Part shown: positions 43,627 through 47,915 of the stretch, in pieces
Layout of the letters: every line of letters begins with the position of its first letter
Position numbering within the stretch: the first letter of the stretch is position 1
Sequence record: MW286156.1
DNA: 47,915 nt
Source of the DNA: Escherichia phage vB_EcoS-BECP10
Direction: 5' to 3' (one strand)
The notes under the pieces: model-generated
The model's database searches: none
What the model was told of the DNA's origin: nothing
Seen by the model: only the letters and a program-made list of their open reading frames with translations
Program-made: the position numbers and the translations under genes

Positions 43627-43912
43627 TAGAATGAGTCCCGCTTACCGAATGCGGGGAGGTTTCACAATCCTCGGAATGTCAAGCCCGACTTACTGCATTG
43701 ATTGGTTCGCTTCGCGAAGTTCTCAATGTCTAACTGCGGTTTTATTTGCCTCGTATCTTTATCCAGCCCGGCTATCGGCTTGCATCTCCGCGATGCTCGT
43801 TACGGTCATTGCCGTCTACGTGGTTAATACTAACTACTTTTAACATTTTCATCAAGCCATGACGACGAAATAAATCCACGTCAACATGCCAGCCAGGAAC
43901 CAGATTGATAGC

Positions 43913-44107
43913 TCAGTCATAAAATACCTCAAAGTAACCAAACTCAATGTCAATGCCATCTTTAACCATCTCTATACACCCATCTTCTGACTCACATTTA
44001 ACCCAACCATATGCGGGTGATGACAAAATGCTGTAAGATTTACCAGTTTTGAACTTCTTATCATTGTAAGACACAATACATCTGACTTTCCCTAGTGATT
44101 TAGTCAT
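43913..44107 (-). CDS. Hypothetical early protein (64 aa)
   Basis: Internal Met of track ORF giving ATGA coupling with 44100..44339. Confidence 0.4.
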   Translation of the reverse strand: MTKSLGKVRCIVSYNDKKFKTGKSYSILSSPAYGWVKCESEDGCIEMVKDGIDIEFGYFEVFYD

Positions 44108-44339
44108 AAATCTGCTCCCCATCTTCACGCTTACCTACGCGACCAGCAAGATAGCCTGCAACCCAAACAAACTTCATCTTCTCGATGATTGTACTGACTG
44201 GGCTATGAAACTCACAGATAATCGCCTTCATGATGTCATTATCCTGCTTCTGCTTGCTTGTCAGCTTATCCACCGCCTCGTTAAGTTTCTTAGCTTGGGC
44301 GCGAACTGCATTAAATTGTGGTTGAGTAAGTCCGAACAT
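44100..44339 (-). CDS. Hypothetical early protein (79 aa)
   Basis: ORF track; RBS AAGAAGG. Confidence 0.5.
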   Translation of the reverse strand: MFGLTQPQFNAVRAQAKKLNEAVDKLTSKQKQDNDIMKAIICEFHSPVSTIIEKMKFVWVAGYLAGRVGKREDGEQIYD

Positions 44340-44341
44340 GA

Positions 44342-44476
44342 TTAAGCCTTCTTGTAAGATTGAATATCGCCACCTAGGACTGCCTGCTGTGACTTTGCCG
44401 CTTCATAGCTGTCATACATTCGTTTGTGCATTACGATATTGAACTTGCCAGTGTAGTACGTGTGAATCCATATCAT
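44342..44476 (-). CDS. Hypothetical small protein (44 aa)
   Basis: Hand-translated; fills the gap between flanking genes. Confidence 0.25.
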   Translation of the reverse strand: MIWIHTYYTGKFNIVMHKRMYDSYEAAKSQQAVLGGDIQSYKKA

Positions 44477-44479
44477 GGG

Positions 44480-44773
44480 TTATTCTCCAGCGATGTAAAA
44501 TTCAGCGTCGAGATAAAATGCAGGCTGAAACAATTCTCTCTCATCGTCATATTCATCATATCCAGTATATACGTAACCATTCCTAACCTGTTCCGCTTGA
44601 AGCTCACCATCACATACCCACAAGCAAACGAAGCTACCAATTTTAATTGCTTCATCAATAGATATGCGCCTCATTGTTTGTTTCTTACTCCCCATGTGAA
44701 TTGCTCGCTTGCCGTCACCACCTTCAGAATCGTTGGCTGCCAATAAGTTGCCAGTGAATACGTTAATCTTCAT
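44480..44773 (-). CDS. Hypothetical early protein (97 aa)
   Basis: ORF track. Confidence 0.5.
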   Translation of the reverse strand: MKINVFTGNLLAANDSEGGDGKRAIHMGSKKQTMRRISIDEAIKIGSFVCLWVCDGELQAEQVRNGYVYTGYDEYDDERELFQPAFYLDAEFYIAGE

Positions 44774-44775
44774 TT

Positions 44776-44898
44776 CTTCTCCTCGCGCTCATGCCACATG
44801 TTCATCAACTCAAAGTACGCCATTACTTCATCCCCATCTTTAGCCTCATCCATCATCTTTTTACACCATTCACTTGGCAACTCATCATATCCACACAT
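44776..44898 (-). CDS. Hypothetical small acidic protein (about 40 aa)
   Basis: Hand-translated; first ATG after module 17 with RBS GAGGAAAG. Confidence 0.3.
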
Positions 44899-44975
44899 TT
44901 AATCTTTCCTCGTCTCATTTCGATAAAGTAATGGTAACGCATCCTTGCGATGGATGTTTAGCAATTTGTGCTATT
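44899..44975 (-). promoter_or_regulatory. Promoter module 17 (minus): IR 44959-44973, hairpin CGCAAGGATGCG, leader variant TTTATCGAAATGAGACGAGG
   Basis: Minus-strand CAAATAGCACAAATTGCTAAAC then hairpin and box-2 variant. Confidence 0.6.
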
Positions 44976-45270
44976 TGTTGCTCCAGCTATCAAGATAATG
45001 TTTAGGTCCGTTGCGATACTTGTCTATAAGTTCCTGGACATGTGCACCCCTTTGATCATGGAATTCTATGGCCTTCTGAAGCGATACAATGGCCTCATTG
45101 ATGTCGGTAGGGTAATCCTTATGTCGTGTTCGAATGCCGCTGCACAGTACCTTTTTGATGGCATGCTGTAGTGCCGGGTCCGTTACGCCAAATGCTGCGA
45201 TGACGCGATATACATCAACCGTAGTCTTGGTGCCGTCCAGGCCAATAATCTCTTTTTCGTACTTACTCAT
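44971..45270 (-). CDS. Hypothetical early protein (99 aa)
   Basis: ORF track; RBS GAGGATTGAGAT. Confidence 0.5.
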   Translation of the reverse strand: MSKYEKEIIGLDGTKTTVDVYRVIAAFGVTDPALQHAIKKVLCSGIRTRHKDYPTDINEAIVSLQKAIEFHDQRGAHVQELIDKYRNGPKHYLDSWSNK

Positions 45271-45285
45271 ATCTCAATCCTCAAA

Positions 45286-45402
45286 ATCAAAGTCAACATA
45301 TGCAGTCATTGTATCAGCGTCGCATACAGCAATGTATCCGTGACTGTAATCACGAATCAAATCTTCAACAGGAATCATATAGTAGTACATATCTCAACCC
45401 TC
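45286..45402 (-). CDS. Hypothetical small protein (about 38 aa)
   Basis: Hand-translated; RBS GAGGG. Confidence 0.25.
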
Positions 45403-45508
45403 GTTATAGTGCCGCCATGCGTCTTCTGCATTAACATGGCGTATCTCTCGTCTACGTAATGCAGGAGCATATCGATACCCCTGCTGCTGAATGTGTGTTC
45501 GTAGATTG

Positions 45509-45742
45509 TCACTTGTATTGGCTATCCAGTTGGCAGCCTGATAGTGCCGTGCAAATCTGCTCGTACTCAAGCCAGGCCAAGTCCTCTTCCCACGGCAGTA
45601 TATCTTCAAACTCCTGATTTCGAATCTGATTTACAACCTCTGTAAGCGATTCTGACGCGCTAAACATCTTGCGGCTAAGGCAATGCATTAGTATAGCCCT
45701 AATCTCGGCAGCATGCTCTTCTGACAGGTTAATGGTAATCAT
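45509..45742 (-). CDS. Hypothetical acidic early protein (77 aa)
   Basis: ORF track. Confidence 0.45.
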   Translation of the reverse strand: MITINLSEEHAAEIRAILMHCLSRKMFSASESLTEVVNQIRNQEFEDILPWEEDLAWLEYEQICTALSGCQLDSQYK

Positions 45743-45792
45743 GTTAGCTTCCTATCGTTTAGTTGTCATTTGCTTAAATTATGATACTGAAT

Positions 45793-46023
45793 TTACTCGC
45801 TTCTACGCCGACCAGTGTAACCCTTGCCATTCTCAATCCCCTCAGCCGCCTGAATAAGCGCCGCCGCCAGTTTGCGCGCTTGGTAGGCAGTATAGTGAGC
45901 GAGCGCACATCCGTCGCCATGGTTAGCGAAGTTGATATCAATACTCACAATGCCTTCGTAATGTGCTGAGGTTGACACCTCTGTGCGAGCGCCTGCGAAA
46001 TCTTCAATAATTACAGCTTTCAT
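45793..46023 (-). CDS. Hypothetical early protein (76 aa)
   Basis: ORF track; first gene after module 18; RBS AAGAGGAAAT. Confidence 0.5.
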   Translation of the reverse strand: MKAVIIEDFAGARTEVSTSAHYEGIVSIDINFANHGDGCALAHYTAYQARKLAAALIQAAEGIENGKGYTGRRRSE

Positions 46024-46098
46024 GGTTATTTCCTCTTTGTTGTTGATAGGGTAATCATAGCTGACTACCCAATTTATTGTTTAGCAATTTGTGCTATA
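46024..46098 (-). promoter_or_regulatory. Promoter module 18 (minus): IR 46082-46096, hairpin over TATGAT, leader CCCTATCAACAACAAAGAGG
   Basis: Minus-strand AATATAGCACAAATTGCTAAAC then GGGTA...TACCC hairpin and box-2 variant. Confidence 0.6.
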
Positions 46099-46641
46099 TT
46101 CACCATTCAGGAGAGCTTTCGCTTTCCGGTAGAACTGTATGGCCTTCTCCACCTCATCGGCATCATAGCCATGGATTGTTGTTTGCGGTGGCACGTAGTT
46201 TGAGCGTGGCGCGTCGGATCGGCACTGACTGCACCAGTTTTGCACGTCGTCCTTATCCATCTCAACCAGGGCCGGATGAACATAAATCTTATCGCCAATG
46301 AGGCAAACAATTCCCGCCTCCTGTAGTTCTGGGATGATGTTATTTGTCAGGTCATGCATAATCCCTTCGCGCCCGACGAATGGCTGGACCTTTCGGATTG
46401 CCTCGTATAGAGATCGAATGCCAACCACTCCATTCCAGCCCTGGCGTCTAATCCTGCTCACTACGACGCCGTATTTGTAGCTCAACTTGACGCACAGCAT
46501 CTCTTCGGCGCTGGGCCAGAAATTGAATGATTGGCGGTATCCATTAGTATTGATTGCCACACGAAGTGGCGGCAGGTTATCTTGCCTGGCGACTTCCATC
46601 ACCTGGTCATCAGTTAACTTATCTTCGTCGAAATCAAACAT
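46081..46641 (-). CDS. Short paralog (186 aa) of the N- and C-terminal regions of the 527-aa ATPase, lacking the ATPase core
   Basis: MFDFDEDKLTDDQVMEVARQDNLPPLRVAINTNGYRQS and GVVGIRSLYEAIRKVQPF...CLIGDKIYVHPAL align with both ends of 3920..5503. Confidence 0.55.
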   Translation of the reverse strand: MFDFDEDKLTDDQVMEVARQDNLPPLRVAINTNGYRQSFNFWPSAEEMLCVKLSYKYGVVVSRIRRQGWNGVVGIRSLYEAIRKVQPFVGREGIMHDLTNNIIPELQEAGIVCLIGDKIYVHPALVEMDKDDVQNWCSQCRSDAPRSNYVPPQTTIHGYDADEVEKAIQFYRKAKALLNGEYSTNC

Positions 46642-47183
46642 TAGTTAAACTCCTTGATCATCTCTTGATACATGCGGATAGCCTTAACTGCGCCAGTCAG
46701 CTCATCACCTTCAAAATCCAGTACGTTAGGTGATAACTTAAGCAAGCGAGATTTGAACTTCTCAATAACAGCCCGCTCCTTTTCTTCTTTCTCTCTTTGT
46801 TTTGCTTTTGGCTCCTTAACCCCCTCGGTGAGATGGATTAGCAGGTATTTATCAGCACCATCGCCATCATACTGGCGGGGCGTGGTATCTTCACCATCCG
46901 CATCAATCCAGATGAATTGATAACGGGCGATATACTTAGCCTCACGCAACTCTCTCATTCGTGACAATGTATTATGAATGTATGAGTTCTTTAACTCACT
47001 CAACTTCCGCTCTCCAAGGTTGATAATATCCCCGGTTTTATCATCAGTCTCCATTTCCGGGTAATCATGACCTCTAATTTGTCGGTAAATATCTCGAACT
47101 GGAACCTTGAACTCCTTATCTTCTGACTGGAGTGCCTTTTTAGCCATGAATCGAATTACTTCACCTAAGGTCGTTTTGCTCAT
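46641..47183 (-). CDS. Hypothetical early protein (180 aa)
   Basis: ORF track; RBS GAGAGGAA; first gene of the minus-strand early arm. Confidence 0.5.
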   Translation of the reverse strand: MSKTTLGEVIRFMAKKALQSEDKEFKVPVRDIYRQIRGHDYPEMETDDKTGDIINLGERKLSELKNSYIHNTLSRMRELREAKYIARYQFIWIDADGEDTTPRQYDGDGADKYLLIHLTEGVKEPKAKQREKEEKERAVIEKFKSRLLKLSPNVLDFEGDELTGAVKAIRMYQEMIKEFN

Positions 47184-47250
47184 GATGATTCCTCTCGTTG
47201 ATTGTTGTTTGTTGCCTCGTTTCGATGAAATGACTATAGCAAAGATTTAC
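47184..47250 (-). promoter_or_regulatory. Promoter module 19 (minus): TGCTATAGT plus leader TTTCATCGAAACGAGG but no upstream IR
   Basis: Extended -10-like TGCTATAGT and conserved leader; the AATAGCAC...GCTAAAG element is absent. Confidence 0.5.
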
Positions 47251-47816
47251 GTGTCTATAAATGTATTTTTTTGTTTATTTTAAAATTGATACGCTTTTTT
47301 CCCTGCATGCCGCATCGTTGCTGGGTGTGTACAGGCGTCTACGTGCGTCTACATATAGATGAGGGGGTTCTGGCTATATCCCCTTATATTTTCCTACAAG
47401 GTAGTACAATTCCTACAGTGTAGGAATAAAAATAGAAATTTAAGCAAACCAACCTATATAGTAGCGTACAGATGATACGCTATATATACATAATACTATA
47501 TATAATAATAATAATAGTCTAAGTACTTTATATATAAGGATATTTTAGTGTATATGGATTGTATCAAGGCGTATAAATTGTAAATGTGGATACGGTCGAC
47601 AATCGGTAGACATCGGACTACGCGTATATAAAAGAAGTCTCTCCGCGAGCGATAAAACCAACCAACTATTTGATCCAAACCTCCTTTCATTCAATCCATC
47701 CATCCATCATTGCCAAACTGGCAACAATCAATAAACCTGTTGCACTCGATGAAATATTGCTTTATGTGTAATAGTCATGCTAATCATCGCAATGCCTGCA
47801 ACAATCCATAAATCTG
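47251..47816. promoter_or_regulatory. ORF-free control region B between the two divergent early arms; palindromes, short tandem repeats, candidate origin or pac region
   Basis: Palindrome TTCCTACAGTGTAGGAA, direct GTCTAC repeats, (CCAT)4, DnaA-box-like TGTGGATAC, AT-rich block homologous to region A. Confidence 0.45.
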
Positions 47817-47915
47817 ACGAATAGCACTTTTTGCTAAAGACAAATGGGGATGGCAAGGCTATAGTAAACTCATCAACAACGAGGAGATAGATATGAAGGT
47901 AAAAATAACAGCACT
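47817..47915. repeat. Second copy of the terminal direct repeat (duplicates IR module 1 and the first codons of the 77..271 gene)
   Basis: Identical to 1-99. Confidence 0.9.

Noticed and set aside
43631-43843. 70-aa plus-strand ORF in the region beside the tRNA
   Set aside because: No RBS, wrong strand for the neighbourhood, overlaps hairpins and palindromes; the region is more likely non-coding
45394-45609. 71-aa Arg-rich minus-strand ORF overlapping 45509..45742
   Set aside because: Needs a TTG start only 1 nt after its putative SD and overlaps a better neighbour by about 100 nt; probably spurious, though the gap 45403-45508 is then unexplained
1-47915. CRISPR array, integrase/attachment site, transposase or rRNA genes
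   Set aside because: No regularly spaced direct repeats with unique spacers, no tyrosine or serine recombinase motifs, no transposase or rRNA-like sequence seen; the genome looks strictly lytic

Overview
The window appears to be a complete, circularly closed genome of a T1-like siphovirus (Drexlerviridae-type), about 47.8 kb, with bases 1-99 repeated exactly at 47817-47915 (assembly overlap or terminal redundancy). All calls are from reading the sequence and ORF track by eye; no searches were run, so product names rest on motifs and synteny, and hand-derived small-ORF coordinates may be off by a base or two. Layout: (i) a plus-strand early arm (77-5843) of small genes, including a three-member paralog family and a 527-aa P-loop ATPase; (ii) a T1-type lysis cassette on the minus strand (pinholin, SAR endolysin, unimolecular spanin; 5857-6940); (iii) a replication/recombination block (HTH-metallophosphoesterase, VRR-NUC, SF2 helicase, primase-like protein, SSB, Erf-like annealing protein, PD-(D/E)XK exonuclease, Rha-like regulator); (iv) two plus-strand tail-fibre islands (14550-17267 and 21089-22296, the second led by a small lipoprotein); (v) a long minus-strand late operon (43249 down to 22327) with small terminase, HNH-AP2 endonuclease, large terminase, portal, head genes including a collagen-repeat protein, neck genes, major tail protein, G/GT chaperones, tape measure and lambda-like M-L-K-I-J; (vi) a tRNA-Arg(CCU) at 43551-43626 beside an ORF-free stretch; (vii) a minus-strand early arm (43913-47183). 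The most striking feature is a roughly 70-bp regulatory module repeated about 18 times in front of early/middle transcription units on both strands: a 20-bp element AATAGCAC-N5-TGCTAAAG, then usually a GC hairpin, a -10-like TATAGT/TATATT, and a conserved leader TCATCGAAACGA(A/G)AG before the RBS. One copy drives a moron inserted between tail genes M and L. No CRISPR array, rRNA, integrase or transposase was seen.
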